A stretch of 64,000 bases of DNA from NCBI GenBank assembly GCA_963701855.1, contig CAVPBK010000009.1, positions 64,001 to 128,000 on the forward strand, given 5' to 3'. Positions 10,055 through 20,599 of this stretch are shown here, one piece after another; position 1 is the stretch's first letter, and each line of letters begins with the position of its first letter. A model generated the notes under the pieces. That model saw only the letters and a list, made by a program, of their open reading frames with translations, had not been told where the DNA came from and ran no database searches. This DNA is from Nitrospirota bacterium. GTDB taxonomy: Bacteria > Nitrospirota > Nitrospiria > Nitrospirales > Nitrospiraceae. The position numbers and the translations under genes are program-made.

Positions 10055-12013
10055 ATGCTCACCGATGCAAACCCATATTCCATTCTCGTCGTGGAAGACA
10101 ACCTGGACCTTGTCATGGGGCTACAGGATTTCCTGCACTATGATGGCTACGACGTCACCATTGCCGACACCGTCGTTGGCGCTATCGAACTCGTTCGAAC
10201 CCATCGCTTCAACGCCATCATTCTGGACCTGGGCCTGCCGGATGGCGATGGGATCGATGTCTTGAAAGAATCCCAATGCCTAGACCCCGCTCTCCCTGTC
10301 GTGGTCGTAACCGCCCATATCTCGCCGGATCGCACCCTGGGAGCACTGGCGGAGGGCGCGTATGCCTATCTCACAAAACCATATGACCGGGAGGAGCTTC
10401 GGCACATCCTCCGTCGCGCCATCGGAGTCAAGGAACTCGCTATCAAAGTCGAACGGACGGAACGCCTCCTCAGCCAAAGCGAAGAACGCTTGGAGCTCGT
10501 GATCCAAGGCTCCAATGACGGCTTCTGGGATGGACGGGTCCTTCCCGGCGAACCGTGGAATTCCCCGCGTACACCGGTGTGGTGGTCTCCTCGCGTCAAA
10601 GCCATGCTGGGTTATACCGACGAAGAATTTCCCGATGTCTTGGAGAGCTGGGCTTCTCGGCTTCATCCCGAAGATACCGACCGCGTCTTCGATGCCTTGA
10701 CGGACCATATCGAGCGCCGTGGTCCCTACGACGTGGAATGCCGGATCCTCACCAAGGCAGGAGAGTATCGCTGGTTCCGCGCCCGAGGCCAAGCGATCTG
10801 GGACGAGACCGGCCAGTTAACTCGTATGTCCGGCTCCCTCCGGGACGTGACGGATCGCAAACTCACGGAGGAGGCGTTGCATCGTAGCGAGCAATTGCTC
10901 CGAAACGTGGCCGACAACACGACGGCGGTCATTTATGTCAAAGACGTCGACGGCCGGTTTCTGTTTACCAACCGCCGCTTTGAGCAGCTGTTTCATCTCT
11001 CGACCGAACAGATAGTCGGTCATACGAACCACGAAATCTTTCCACGAGAAATTGCCGATGCATTCCGCGCAAACGATCTGCGTGTCCTGGAGCAGAACAG
11101 TACCGTGGAATATGAAGAACAGGCGCCGCTGGAGGACGGATTGCATACTTTTCTCTCGATTAAATTCCCGCTGTGCGACCACGCCGGCACACCTTACGCA
11201 ACCTGCGGTATTTCTTCCGACATTACCGAGCGCAAGCGGACGGAGACAGCCCTTCGAACTTCGCAGGAAAACCTACGGCAGGCTCTCCAAGCGTCCAACA
11301 CGGGACTATGGGATTGGAACACGGAGACGAACGATGTCTGGCTCTCCAGAGAATGGAAACGCCAGCTTGGGTACGAGGAATCAGACATGAGGAATGCCTT
11401 CGAGTCATGGGAGACGCATCTGCATCCCGACGACCATGACAAGGCCATTGCGTTTGTGCGGACCTATCTGGCACACCCCGTTGGCGATTACCAACAGGAA
11501 TTTCGCCTGCGGCACAAGGATGGGACTTACCGGTGGATCGAGGCCCGGGCCTCGCTTGTAAAAGAGCCGGATGGTCGACGGGTTCGTCTCCTGGGATCGC
11601 ACACCGACATCACCGAGCGCAAATGCATCGAACACAACCTCCGCGCTCTTACGGAACAACTTCGCCTTGCCCTGAGCTCGACAGAGATGGGGACGTGGAG
11701 TTGGGATCTCCAAAGCGATCACATCTATTGGTCCTCGCAAGTCGATAGGTTCTTCGGCCTATCTAACGGGGCACAGCCTCGCACGAAGAAGGACTGGCTG
11801 GAGCTTGTGTACCGGGAGGATCAGGAGTTGCTGGCGCGTATGATGCGTCAGGCAATGGATCAAGCCGACGCCAACCTGACATTTGAGCACCGCATCATGA
11901 GACAGAACGGCAGCTTCCAATTGTGTATCTGGATTGGTGAAATTATTCGCGATCATGACGGAAAAGCTTTGCATATATTGGGGACGGTGCGCACCACAGA
12001 CTGTGGCGCGTGA
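10055..12013 (+). CDS. Receiver + four PAS/PAC domain protein without output domain
   Basis: REC (VVEDN, ILDLGLPDGDG, LTKP) followed by 4 PAS/PAC repeats (GEYRWFRARG, DITERK); no kinase or GGDEF domain. Confidence 0.85.
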   Translation: MLTDANPYSILVVEDNLDLVMGLQDFLHYDGYDVTIADTVVGAIELVRTHRFNAIILDLGLPDGDGIDVLKESQCLDPALPVVVVTAHISPDRTLGALAEGAYAYLTKPYDREELRHILRRAIGVKELAIKVERTERLLSQSEERLELVIQGSNDGFWDGRVLPGEPWNSPRTPVWWSPRVKAMLGYTDEEFPDVLESWASRLHPEDTDRVFDALTDHIERRGPYDVECRILTKAGEYRWFRARGQAIWDETGQLTRMSGSLRDVTDRKLTEEALHRSEQLLRNVADNTTAVIYVKDVDGRFLFTNRRFEQLFHLSTEQIVGHTNHEIFPREIADAFRANDLRVLEQNSTVEYEEQAPLEDGLHTFLSIKFPLCDHAGTPYATCGISSDITERKRTETALRTSQENLRQALQASNTGLWDWNTETNDVWLSREWKRQLGYEESDMRNAFESWETHLHPDDHDKAIAFVRTYLAHPVGDYQQEFRLRHKDGTYRWIEARASLVKEPDGRRVRLLGSHTDITERKCIEHNLRALTEQLRLALSSTEMGTWSWDLQSDHIYWSSQVDRFFGLSNGAQPRTKKDWLELVYREDQELLARMMRQAMDQADANLTFEHRIMRQNGSFQLCIWIGEIIRDHDGKALHILGTVRTTDCGA

Positions 12014-12068
12014 AGCATCATTCGTCTCTCAGGTCTGTCTTGTCGTGGGTCCGGACCAGAAAGACCAG

Positions 12069-13037
12069 ATGAACCAGACTAACCAGATAGACAGGCTCTT
12101 CCGTGCGGGGCGTTGCTTTGCTGCCTGGACGGTGCTGGGACTCGTCTGCTTGCTCGGCCTCTGTACCCTGTGTGTGACCGAATCCTTTGCGATGGACATT
12201 GCCATCCTGCATTCTTCCAGCATTCCCGCGTATCAGGAAGCCGTTGCAGGCTTGAAAGCTACTGGCCCGATTGGAGCGATCTATACCGAATACGATCTGC
12301 AAGGCGATTTGGAGCTTGGGAAAAAACTCTCACGCAAACTGCGGGAATCGCATCCGTCATTGGTCGTCGCCGTGGGACTCAAGGCCGCTTTGGCAGCGAA
12401 AATGGAAATTGAGAACATCCCGATCGTCTATATGATGGTCCTGGATCCGTTGAAATATCAACTTACATCCGCCAACATAACCGGCACGCTCCTGGAAGTT
12501 CCCATCGACCGACAGCTGAAGATCATGCGGATGTTCCTGCCGAACCTTCAACGAATTGGGATGCTTTACGATCCAGGCAAGACCTCCTCTCGGGTGAAGG
12601 ACACAATCCAGCTAGCCACCATCTCCAACTTTCGATTGAACAGCCTTCCCGTCGAGAGTGACAAGGATATTCCCCAGCAATTACGCACGCTGCTCCCGGA
12701 GATTGAAGCCCTCTGGCTCATACCGGACTCAACGGTGCTGACGAACGAATCAATACGATTCATTCTTGAATCGGCGCTCGCACATCAGATACCCGTGATC
12801 GGATTCTCACCGGAGTTCACACGCCTGGGAGCTTTGCTCAGCTTGTCCGTCAACTACGGAGAAGTCGGACGAGAGACCGGATTGCTTACGAAGCGTATTC
12901 TCAACGGAGAAATGCTTCTGCCGCACAATCCTATACCGATCGAGCGACACGTGATCACCGTCAATCTCAAGACCGCAAAGTTCCTGGGCATGACGTTTTC
13001 GAAGGAATTGACGAGTCTCATCGATGAAACCTATTAA
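12069..13037 (+). CDS. ABC_sub_bind-type periplasmic substrate-binding protein (start uncertain)
   Basis: RIGMLYDP, ALWLIPDSTV, GALLSLSVNY, VNLKTAKFLG; signal-like hydrophobic segment. Confidence 0.8.
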   Translation: MNQTNQIDRLFRAGRCFAAWTVLGLVCLLGLCTLCVTESFAMDIAILHSSSIPAYQEAVAGLKATGPIGAIYTEYDLQGDLELGKKLSRKLRESHPSLVVAVGLKAALAAKMEIENIPIVYMMVLDPLKYQLTSANITGTLLEVPIDRQLKIMRMFLPNLQRIGMLYDPGKTSSRVKDTIQLATISNFRLNSLPVESDKDIPQQLRTLLPEIEALWLIPDSTVLTNESIRFILESALAHQIPVIGFSPEFTRLGALLSLSVNYGEVGRETGLLTKRILNGEMLLPHNPIPIERHVITVNLKTAKFLGMTFSKELTSLIDETY

Positions 13038-13050
13038 TGTGGACCGGTAA

Positions 13051-15330
13051 GTGAATCCTTCTAATCCACTGAAGACACCCAGAGCCGCCGTGGAATTACC
13101 CGCATACGGGTTCCGCAGCCTACGCATAAAGTTTGTGTTATTTTTCAGCTTCATTCTCATCATCGCGTGTTCGGCCTTGAGCTTGTATTACATCAAAGAG
13201 AGGCGAGCAGCAATGACCGAGAGCCTCCATCAACTGGGAACAATTCTCCTCACCGGCGTTGTCAATAATGAACACTTCCAATATGCGGGCCTTGTGGCGG
13301 AAGATCCCGACACGCTTAAACAATTTATTCAAGGCCTCCTAGCTGTCCAGGATGTGGAATACGTGCTCATTACCCGCCTAGATGGATCCATACTCGCCCT
13401 GCACAGGAAGGGAACATCCCAATCTTCTGTCGGCCTTGACCTACCCGTGAATGATTCTCTATTCCCGGACAATCAGATTGCAAAACAGCTCTTCCAATCT
13501 ACGAATAGGACTCCTCTGATCACACGCAGCCCCCTCTCCACCAAGACAGAAAGGTTATTTGATTGGGAGCAAATCGTATACGACTTTGCCCTGCCCGTGC
13601 TGCGAAGGACAACAGAAAAGACCGCGCCGCCGCCATTCTCTATCCAACTGGATGAAGGAAACACCAAATCATCCCCGCCACAGCCTGCGCTCGTATCCGG
13701 TATCGTCCAAATAGGATTGAGCGACGCACGCCTGAAACATGAACTCGCAGCGATGATCAGAAACTTTCTCCTCTTCACCGTCGGTATCATCGGCGCAGGT
13801 GCGCTCGGCGCCCATCTGCTCATCCTCCGCATCACGAAGCCCCTCGGGAGTCTTACCGGTGTAGCCCGACAAGTGGCCGGCGGCCAGTCGCCTGCGCTAC
13901 TCACACCTGCCACCCGCGACGAAATCGGCCAACTGACGAGCATGTTTAACCTAATGACTCACTCATTACAGGAGCGGAGCATCGCCATTACCGCAAACCT
14001 GGCCACCATTAAACACCAAGTCAGCCAATTGACCACGTTACATCAAGTCAGTGCGGCCATCGCCCAGACGCTGAACCTGAACCAAATTCTTAGCACCATC
14101 CTGCAGCTCCTGATTGCCAACATGGGTTTTACACGGATGTTTTTGACGTTGCGCCATGCCGAACGGGACACGGTGTATGTGGCTCAAATCGCTGGAGTCT
14201 CGCCGGCCATCGCGGAAGCAGCTCGCCGGCTTGAGCTGCCGATCCAGGACGATAACAGTCTCCAAGCCGACCTGCTGATTCACGGCAAGCCCCTGCTCGT
14301 CCACAGCCTTGAGGCCGTGGCTCATCGTGTGCAACCACCGGTACTGGAGCTGGCTCGCCAAGTCGGGGTGACATCCTTCGTCGCAGTGCCGCTCCAGAGC
14401 CAGAACCAGACGCTCGGATATCTCGCCGGTGACCGGGGCTCACAGCCCTGCACGGACGAAGATCTCCATATGTTGCTGACGATTGCCAGTCATGTGGCCG
14501 CGGCCATCGACAATGCCAGAGCCTATTCCCATCTCGAAGAGATCACGACACATCTTGAACAGCGTATTGCGGAACGCACGCAGGAATTGACCATTGCCAA
14601 TGCACACCTCCAGAAGCAAGATCGGCAGCGGTCGCTGTTTCTCTCTGTCGCTTCGCATGAATTGCGCACCCCCATGACCGTGATTCGCAGCTTTGCAGAC
14701 AATATGCGTGACGGTATTGCAGGGCCAGTCAGTGAACAACAAATGGCCTATCTCACTCGCATCGGATATAACCTGAGCCGACTCACAAGAATCATCAATC
14801 AATTGCTTGATTGGTCCCGCCTCGACAGTAAAAATGAAACGCTTTGCCTTACGCCAATCTGCGTCGAAACATCCGCCCGTCTAGTCGCCGAAAATTTGCG
14901 CACCGTTGCGGGTGATAAAACAATTGCTCTCGAAATCCTGCACGCAGAAGGGCTTCCAGCAGTCCAGGGGGACAGCGATAAGCTGGAGCAGATTCTCTGG
15001 AATCTCATTGGCAATGCTATCAAGTTTACGCCGCCAGGCGGCCGCATCACCGTCGGTTTCCAGACTACCCCCGATGGCTTTGTCGAGACCTCTGTCGCCG
15101 ATACCGGTTGCGGGATTGACCCGAGTCACGTCGGAATGCTTTTCCATGAATTTTCAAAACTGCCGTCTGCGAATCCCACTGTTCAGGGCGCTCAACTTGG
15201 CCTATTCATCACCAAAAGCCTGGTGACGATGCATCGAGGAACCATCGGCGTGGAGAGCACACCCGGAGCTGGTACTCGCTTTTATTTCACAGTGCCTGTC
15301 GCGTCTTCGCAGGAAGCGCAGATCAGGTGA
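13051..15330 (+). CDS. Membrane sensor histidine kinase (HAMP-GAF-HisKA-HATPase)
   Basis: Two TMs, HAMP (TRDEIGQL), GAF, H-box ASHELRTP, N-box NLIGNAIKF, G1 DTGCGI. Confidence 0.92.
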   Translation: MNPSNPLKTPRAAVELPAYGFRSLRIKFVLFFSFILIIACSALSLYYIKERRAAMTESLHQLGTILLTGVVNNEHFQYAGLVAEDPDTLKQFIQGLLAVQDVEYVLITRLDGSILALHRKGTSQSSVGLDLPVNDSLFPDNQIAKQLFQSTNRTPLITRSPLSTKTERLFDWEQIVYDFALPVLRRTTEKTAPPPFSIQLDEGNTKSSPPQPALVSGIVQIGLSDARLKHELAAMIRNFLLFTVGIIGAGALGAHLLILRITKPLGSLTGVARQVAGGQSPALLTPATRDEIGQLTSMFNLMTHSLQERSIAITANLATIKHQVSQLTTLHQVSAAIAQTLNLNQILSTILQLLIANMGFTRMFLTLRHAERDTVYVAQIAGVSPAIAEAARRLELPIQDDNSLQADLLIHGKPLLVHSLEAVAHRVQPPVLELARQVGVTSFVAVPLQSQNQTLGYLAGDRGSQPCTDEDLHMLLTIASHVAAAIDNARAYSHLEEITTHLEQRIAERTQELTIANAHLQKQDRQRSLFLSVASHELRTPMTVIRSFADNMRDGIAGPVSEQQMAYLTRIGYNLSRLTRIINQLLDWSRLDSKNETLCLTPICVETSARLVAENLRTVAGDKTIALEILHAEGLPAVQGDSDKLEQILWNLIGNAIKFTPPGGRITVGFQTTPDGFVETSVADTGCGIDPSHVGMLFHEFSKLPSANPTVQGAQLGLFITKSLVTMHRGTIGVESTPGAGTRFYFTVPVASSQEAQIR

Positions 15331-15542
15331 AGCAGGTAGAAGACCGAAGGACGAGATTCCGGACACTTCAGCCTTCGGCCATCAGCAATTGGGAGGAGTG
15401 TATTTTCCCATGTCGATGATCTACAATTTCAGAACTTCAGGCTGATAGGCTGAAGGGGTTCAGGAGTTCAGCATGCGTGATCACACAGACCTTCAGCCTG
15501 AATTCCTGAATCCCTGAACGCCTGATTTCCTGAGCAGACACA

Positions 15543-16988
15543 ATGCGCGCAAAAATTCTCATCGTCGACGACGACCGCGATATTCTTCTCGGGCTCGAGA
15601 ATCGTATCGCGTGGATGGGGCACGAGCCTGTCACAGCCAACAACGGCAAAGATGCGCTGCGCCTGATTGAACAAAACGAATTCGATCTCGCGCTCCTGGA
15701 TTTGGAACTGCCGGGTCTGTCAGGTCTGGAGGTTCTGGAGAGAGTGAATGGGGCCTCGCACAGCGAGCAGCAACCCGAAAAGAACACCAGCCCAGCTTGC
15801 ACCGCACCGCTCATCATTATCCTGACCGCATTCGGCACCGTCGAGCGCGCCGTGCACGCCATGCAGCTTGGCGCATTTGATTTCCTGACGAAACCGTTCA
15901 ACGCCGACCATCTGACCGTCGTGGTGAACAAAGCCCTGGCCACGGTCACGTTGCACCGTCAGGTCGATGTTCTCCGTCAGGAAGTCGACGATCGGTACGA
16001 CCATCTTGTCGGAACCAACGCCAAGATGGCAATGCAACTCACGATCGCCAAACAAGCGGCGCAATCCGATGTGTCCGTCCTCCTGCTCGGTGAAACCGGC
16101 ACGGGAAAGGAGGTCGTGGCCCGCGCGATTCATCGTTGGAGTCCACGCCGCTCGAAACCATTCGTGGCGGTCAATTGCGCGGCTTTGCCGGAGCATCTTC
16201 TTGAGAATGAACTGTTCGGTCATGAAAAGGGCTCCTATACCGGAGCAGTCAAACGGGAACCGGGCAAGATCGAAATAGCAGAAGGCGGAACGGTGTTTCT
16301 CGATGAAATCGGAGATATGCCGCTCCCCTTACAAAGCCACTTGCTGCGGCTTATCCAGGATCAAACCTTCTACCGCATAGGCGGAACCCAGCTGGTTCGC
16401 ACCAATGTACGTTTCATCGCAGCCACGAATAAAGATATATTGCGCGCAATCCAGCAGGGCACATTTCGTGAGGATTTATACTACCGGCTCGCGGTGATTA
16501 CCGTACCACTTCCGCCCCTGCGCGAACGGATGGACGATGTCCCTGCACTCGCCAGGCATTTCCTCGATCGTGCGGTCAGAATGGGGGTTCATCGCTCCTG
16601 CGCCCTGAGTGAACATGCCGTCCAGGTGTTGCAACAGTATCCGTGGCCTGGCAATATCCGCGAACTTGAAAATGTGCTGATGCGTGCAGTTATCTTGTGT
16701 CCCAAAGACACTCTTGACCCCTCGCACCTGCACCTGCCGGATTCAGCATTCCCTTCGGCGACCGAGCCAAAAACTGGATCTCCTCCTCGCCACTATCATG
16801 AAAGCATGGACGCCTACAGTCGGACGATTATCGAAGAGGCGTTGCGCAGAAATAGATGGAACCAAACCAGGGCAGCCGAAGAGCTTGGCCTTCAACGGAC
16901 CTACCTCACGAGGCTACTCCGTCAGAAAGACATCTCTGGCAGACAGCCAAAAGATTCTACTTCATCTTCCAAAGACGATTCGCGCTGA
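15543..16988 (+). CDS. Sigma54-dependent response regulator (NtrC/AtoC family)
   Basis: REC, Walker A GETGTGKE, GSYTGA loop, FLDEIG, WPGNIREL, Fis-type HTH. Confidence 0.93.
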   Translation: MRAKILIVDDDRDILLGLENRIAWMGHEPVTANNGKDALRLIEQNEFDLALLDLELPGLSGLEVLERVNGASHSEQQPEKNTSPACTAPLIIILTAFGTVERAVHAMQLGAFDFLTKPFNADHLTVVVNKALATVTLHRQVDVLRQEVDDRYDHLVGTNAKMAMQLTIAKQAAQSDVSVLLLGETGTGKEVVARAIHRWSPRRSKPFVAVNCAALPEHLLENELFGHEKGSYTGAVKREPGKIEIAEGGTVFLDEIGDMPLPLQSHLLRLIQDQTFYRIGGTQLVRTNVRFIAATNKDILRAIQQGTFREDLYYRLAVITVPLPPLRERMDDVPALARHFLDRAVRMGVHRSCALSEHAVQVLQQYPWPGNIRELENVLMRAVILCPKDTLDPSHLHLPDSAFPSATEPKTGSPPRHYHESMDAYSRTIIEEALRRNRWNQTRAAEELGLQRTYLTRLLRQKDISGRQPKDSTSSSKDDSR

Positions 16989-17049
16989 AAGCCGTGCTGA
17001 GTCCTGAATGCTGAGTTCGAACCCTGAACCCTTCAGCCTTCGGATTATC

Positions 17050-17418
17050 TCATTTTCCCGAATAGTAGCGCATGCGGCTGCCGTGAAGAAGGGACAGTTC
17101 AATTTCACTGGCCGTCAGGTCAAGGGGGAAATAGGCGCCTGAAATTTTTGCGGCGTTGATGCTGGCGCCTTCAAGCCGCGCGTTGCGAAAGTCGACGCTG
17201 CGAAGATCGGTCTGCCGAAAATAACAGTCGCTGAAGTCCAGACCATCGGCATCCAGCCCTCTCAGGTCGAGACCGCGCAGATCGCATCCCCGCAAGTCAA
17301 CTTTCTCTCCCGACGCTTTTTTTACGTTAAATTCGGTGATACACCCTTCACGTAGCAAGCGATACATCGGGTCATTGGGAATTCGCAATTTGGAGCGGGT
17401 GGGATTTGTGGTATCCAT
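17050..17418 (-). CDS. Pentapeptide repeat protein
   Basis: DLRGCDLRGLDLRGLD, TDLRSVDFRNARLEGA repeats. Confidence 0.85.
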   Translation of the reverse strand: MDTTNPTRSKLRIPNDPMYRLLREGCITEFNVKKASGEKVDLRGCDLRGLDLRGLDADGLDFSDCYFRQTDLRSVDFRNARLEGASINAAKISGAYFPLDLTASEIELSLLHGSRMRYYSGK

Positions 17419-17520
17419 AGGGCCTCCGTCTGGTCTGGTCAATCTCGTTTCTTTGGTTAGTTTCGTTCAAGCAAAAACCAGACAAACTAAATGAACCAAA
17501 CAAACCAAATCACGTTCTTC

Positions 17521-18432
17521 TTATGCTAAGGGAACTGTGAACATGACCTCGTTTCCCTTGTCGTTATACGCAATGTCAGGAAAGAACGAATGAACGAGGA
17601 ATATGCCTCGTCCACTGGCATCCCCCGGGGGGCACACATCAAAACCTGATTTTACGAGCGACTTCCAATTAAACCCCTTCCCTTCGTCGGCAATCTGATA
17701 CGTCAACATCTGTCGCCCCTTGTCGTAAATCGTACGGATAGTGACCCGACGGTCCCGAAAGCGGGCATCCTGCCTGCGCCGCTGGACCAGCTCGTCGTAC
17801 TGGTCCTTCGCCATGGCTTCGAGTTTCTCACGATAGCGAAGTTCAAGGCAGCCATGCTCAACCGCATTCATGACGAGTTCTTGCAACGCGGCTCGAAGAT
17901 GAAGCTGACGCGCCTCCATCAGCCCCATGGCCGTACCTTGAACAAGCCAGTTCACCGTGCTTTCGATGAAACTCGGGTCGGTACCCATGAGCAGCACATA
18001 CTCCAGCCGTTCGACACCCGGCGCATCGTCCACAGAGACAGGCAGCGAATGGGTTGCCCGCTGTAGAACCTGCGCGAATGCATCCTCATCAATCGGCTGC
18101 TGCACATAATCAAGAGCGCCGGCGCGCAACCCTTCCAGCGTCGATTCGTCATGGCCTGCATCGGTGAGGAGTACAATGGGGCAGCTTGGGCGACGCTCGT
18201 GAATCTGCTTCACCAGATTAATCCCGTCCTGTTCCGGCAGAAAAAGATCTGTAATCACGATATCGGGCTGCGTCATATCGAATGTTGAGAACCCGAGCGC
18301 GGGGGTCGCAGCAGATATCACTGAATACCCCTTCGCCCTCGCATACTCCAATATCACAGTCTGGCTATCGGCATTGCCGGCTACGACGAGCAACGTACGC
18401 GCCTGTGCATGCAAACAAGTAGCAACCACCAT
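17521..18432 (-). CDS. Response regulator with anti-sigma-type Ser kinase (HATPase_c_2) domain
   Basis: REC (ITDLFLP), ELVMNAVEHG, IADEGKGF, GRGIFL, KGNEV. Confidence 0.85.
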   Translation of the reverse strand: MVVATCLHAQARTLLVVAGNADSQTVILEYARAKGYSVISAATPALGFSTFDMTQPDIVITDLFLPEQDGINLVKQIHERRPSCPIVLLTDAGHDESTLEGLRAGALDYVQQPIDEDAFAQVLQRATHSLPVSVDDAPGVERLEYVLLMGTDPSFIESTVNWLVQGTAMGLMEARQLHLRAALQELVMNAVEHGCLELRYREKLEAMAKDQYDELVQRRRQDARFRDRRVTIRTIYDKGRQMLTYQIADEGKGFNWKSLVKSGFDVCPPGDASGRGIFLVHSFFPDIAYNDKGNEVMFTVPLA

Positions 18433-18497
18433 AATAGATATCTCCAACGATTATTTACCGAAACACGACTCCTGCGCGCGCGATCCTGTCGTCTCGA

Positions 18498-18869
18498 TCA
18501 TGATGGAAACCCTTCGGCGATCAATTCCCGAAGCGCGGCGTGCACCTCGTCCAAGTGCGTCTCGACAACCATACAGACCGACAAGGCCTCGGCTAACTCC
18601 CCCTGTCGGCCCAACTCTTCCAACCGTTTCGTACTCTCGAACAGTCGTGTCGCACACATCTGTATGACAGACCCCTTCAATTTATGCGCAGCGGCCGCCA
18701 ACCCGGCGCCATCCAACCGCTCCAGAGCCGCGCGCGCCGCCGCCGCTGCCTTGGGACTCTCCTGCAAAAAAATCTCGGCCAAGGTAAGAAAGAGATCTTG
18801 ATCTCCATCGGCTTGGCTCAACGCCTTGGAAAGGTCAAACACCTCCGTTTTACCCACGGTCTTATCCAT
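18498..18869 (-). CDS. Hpt phosphotransfer protein
   Basis: AAHKLKGS motif in an all-helical protein. Confidence 0.88.
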   Translation of the reverse strand: MDKTVGKTEVFDLSKALSQADGDQDLFLTLAEIFLQESPKAAAAARAALERLDGAGLAAAAHKLKGSVIQMCATRLFESTKRLEELGRQGELAEALSVCMVVETHLDEVHAALRELIAEGFPS

Positions 18870-20133
18870 TAAATGTCCTTTCAAGGCTATTGGTCAGTTC
18901 AAGCCCCAGGACCGCCGCATCGTCCGAAAATTGTTGCGCTTGTTGCCAGCCTTGGGCTGCTGAAAAGCTGGACCTGATCGTCGCCGAAAGAGACGTTTGC
19001 TTCTCGGCATCGATCACCGCTTGGAAACGGTCTCGTCCCCAGACCTCCCCGCTTGAAGACGGGGCCTCGTAAATCCCATCGCTCAATAAAAACAGCCGGT
19101 CGGCAGGCTTCATGCAAAGGCGGTCGCATGCAAACTGCGCGGACAAATCGAAACCAAGGGGATACGATGAGCGCGTAAGCCATTGGGACGGACGCTGAGC
19201 CGAGCTGAGCAGAGCGCCGGAATGGCCGGCAGTCGCGTACGATAGGCTGCCTGTCGGCAAGTGAAGCAGTCCCACCCACAGGGTGAAATACTCCCCATCG
19301 TCGCTCAAGGGAAACCGCCGATTGACCTCGAATAAGACCTTCCCAGGATCGTACGATCCAATCAATTGAAGCATGTTGTCCACTCGCAGACATGTCATCA
19401 GCGAGACCGAGCGCAATGCGGCGGAGACCCCGTGTCCCGACGCATCCATCATATAGAGGCCGAGATTGTCCGCATCGACCGCCATCACGCCAAAGAGATC
19501 GCCGCCCAACAATAAAGACGGCTGATACTCCCATGCCAGCTCGATTCCTTGGGTAAAGCTTCCTTGTGGGGGAAACTGCGAACGGATAAATGCGGCGGCA
19601 GCTTGGAGATCGGCTTCCGTTTCTTCCTGCTTCCTTTGCAGTAACTTCAACGACGACTCCAGTTGATTGCCGGTTGTTTCCAGCTCTCGTAGCAAACGGC
19701 TGGTGCGCAGACCGGCCAGCACGCGTGCAGTGATTTCCTGTTTACTGGCCGACTTACTCAGAAAGTCGTCGGCGCCTCGCGCCAGCCCTTCGACAATCTG
19801 TGCCGGTTGATCCTGGCCGGTCATGAGAAGAAGCTGGCTTGAATTCAACAAGGGATCACGGCGCACTGCTTCACAGAGCGTCGGCCCATCCATCTCCGGC
19901 ATCATCCAATCGACGACAAGAAGATCCGGGCGTTCACGTCTGGCCACGTCCAGACCCACTCGCCCATTCTCGGCTACAAGAATTCGATACCCCAACCTCC
20001 CCAACCGCGCAGCCATACTCGCTCTGGTGACTGGTTCATCCTCCACGAGGAGGATTGTCGCGGCAGACGCCTTAGGCTGTGCAGACAAGGCGTCAGCCTG
20101 CCCAGTGTGTTGCACTGTGTTCGAATTCATCAT
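18862..20133 (-). CDS. REC + SpoIIE/PP2C serine phosphatase (RsbU-like)
   Basis: REC (VVDWMMP), GGDLF, DASGHGVSAAL, AGH, SDGIYE, DDAAV. Confidence 0.9.
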   Translation of the reverse strand: MMNSNTVQHTGQADALSAQPKASAATILLVEDEPVTRASMAARLGRLGYRILVAENGRVGLDVARRERPDLLVVDWMMPEMDGPTLCEAVRRDPLLNSSQLLLMTGQDQPAQIVEGLARGADDFLSKSASKQEITARVLAGLRTSRLLRELETTGNQLESSLKLLQRKQEETEADLQAAAAFIRSQFPPQGSFTQGIELAWEYQPSLLLGGDLFGVMAVDADNLGLYMMDASGHGVSAALRSVSLMTCLRVDNMLQLIGSYDPGKVLFEVNRRFPLSDDGEYFTLWVGLLHLPTGSLSYATAGHSGALLSSAQRPSQWLTRSSYPLGFDLSAQFACDRLCMKPADRLFLLSDGIYEAPSSSGEVWGRDRFQAVIDAEKQTSLSATIRSSFSAAQGWQQAQQFSDDAAVLGLELTNSLERTFNG

Positions 20134-20145
20134 GCACCAATAGCA

Positions 20146-20484
20146 CTATGCCGCACGCGCGGTGAGCGCATCTTCCTCGCGCTCATAGATCGGAATCATC
20201 ACCGGAATATTCGCCAGGCTCATGACCTCCCGCACGTAAATCTGAGGTTTCAGCAGACTGATCTGGGACTGCGCCCGTTTTAAGCTCTGCGCAGAAATCA
20301 CGAGCAGCCCGAGCCCTGCGCTATCCACGAATCGCACTTTTTCAAAGTTCAGAATGAGATGTTTACATCGTGCCTGTGTCGCCTTCTCAACGGCCGCCTT
20401 AAAGGCGGTTCGATTGGCATAGGTCAAGTCTCCCTCGATATCCAAGATAATCCCATGTGAAAAGGAGCGTTCTTTGATTGTCAT
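20146..20484 (-). CDS. STAS anti-sigma factor antagonist
   Basis: FVDSAGLG phosphoacceptor motif, 112 aa. Confidence 0.9.
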   Translation of the reverse strand: MTIKERSFSHGIILDIEGDLTYANRTAFKAAVEKATQARCKHLILNFEKVRFVDSAGLGLLVISAQSLKRAQSQISLLKPQIYVREVMSLANIPVMIPIYEREEDALTARAA

Positions 20485-20599
20485 GTCATCACCCTTTCTT
20501 GTGCAAAACGATTAATGAGCTCACCGTCTCAACACTCGTCGTGACTGATGTGTCTGTTCACTGGTTTAACCAATAAACAAGACAAACCAGATGAACCAG

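Noticed and set aside
17050..17418. Qnr quinolone-resistance gene
   Set aside because: Only a short pentapeptide tract in a ~120-aa protein, much shorter than Qnr, and no mobile context.
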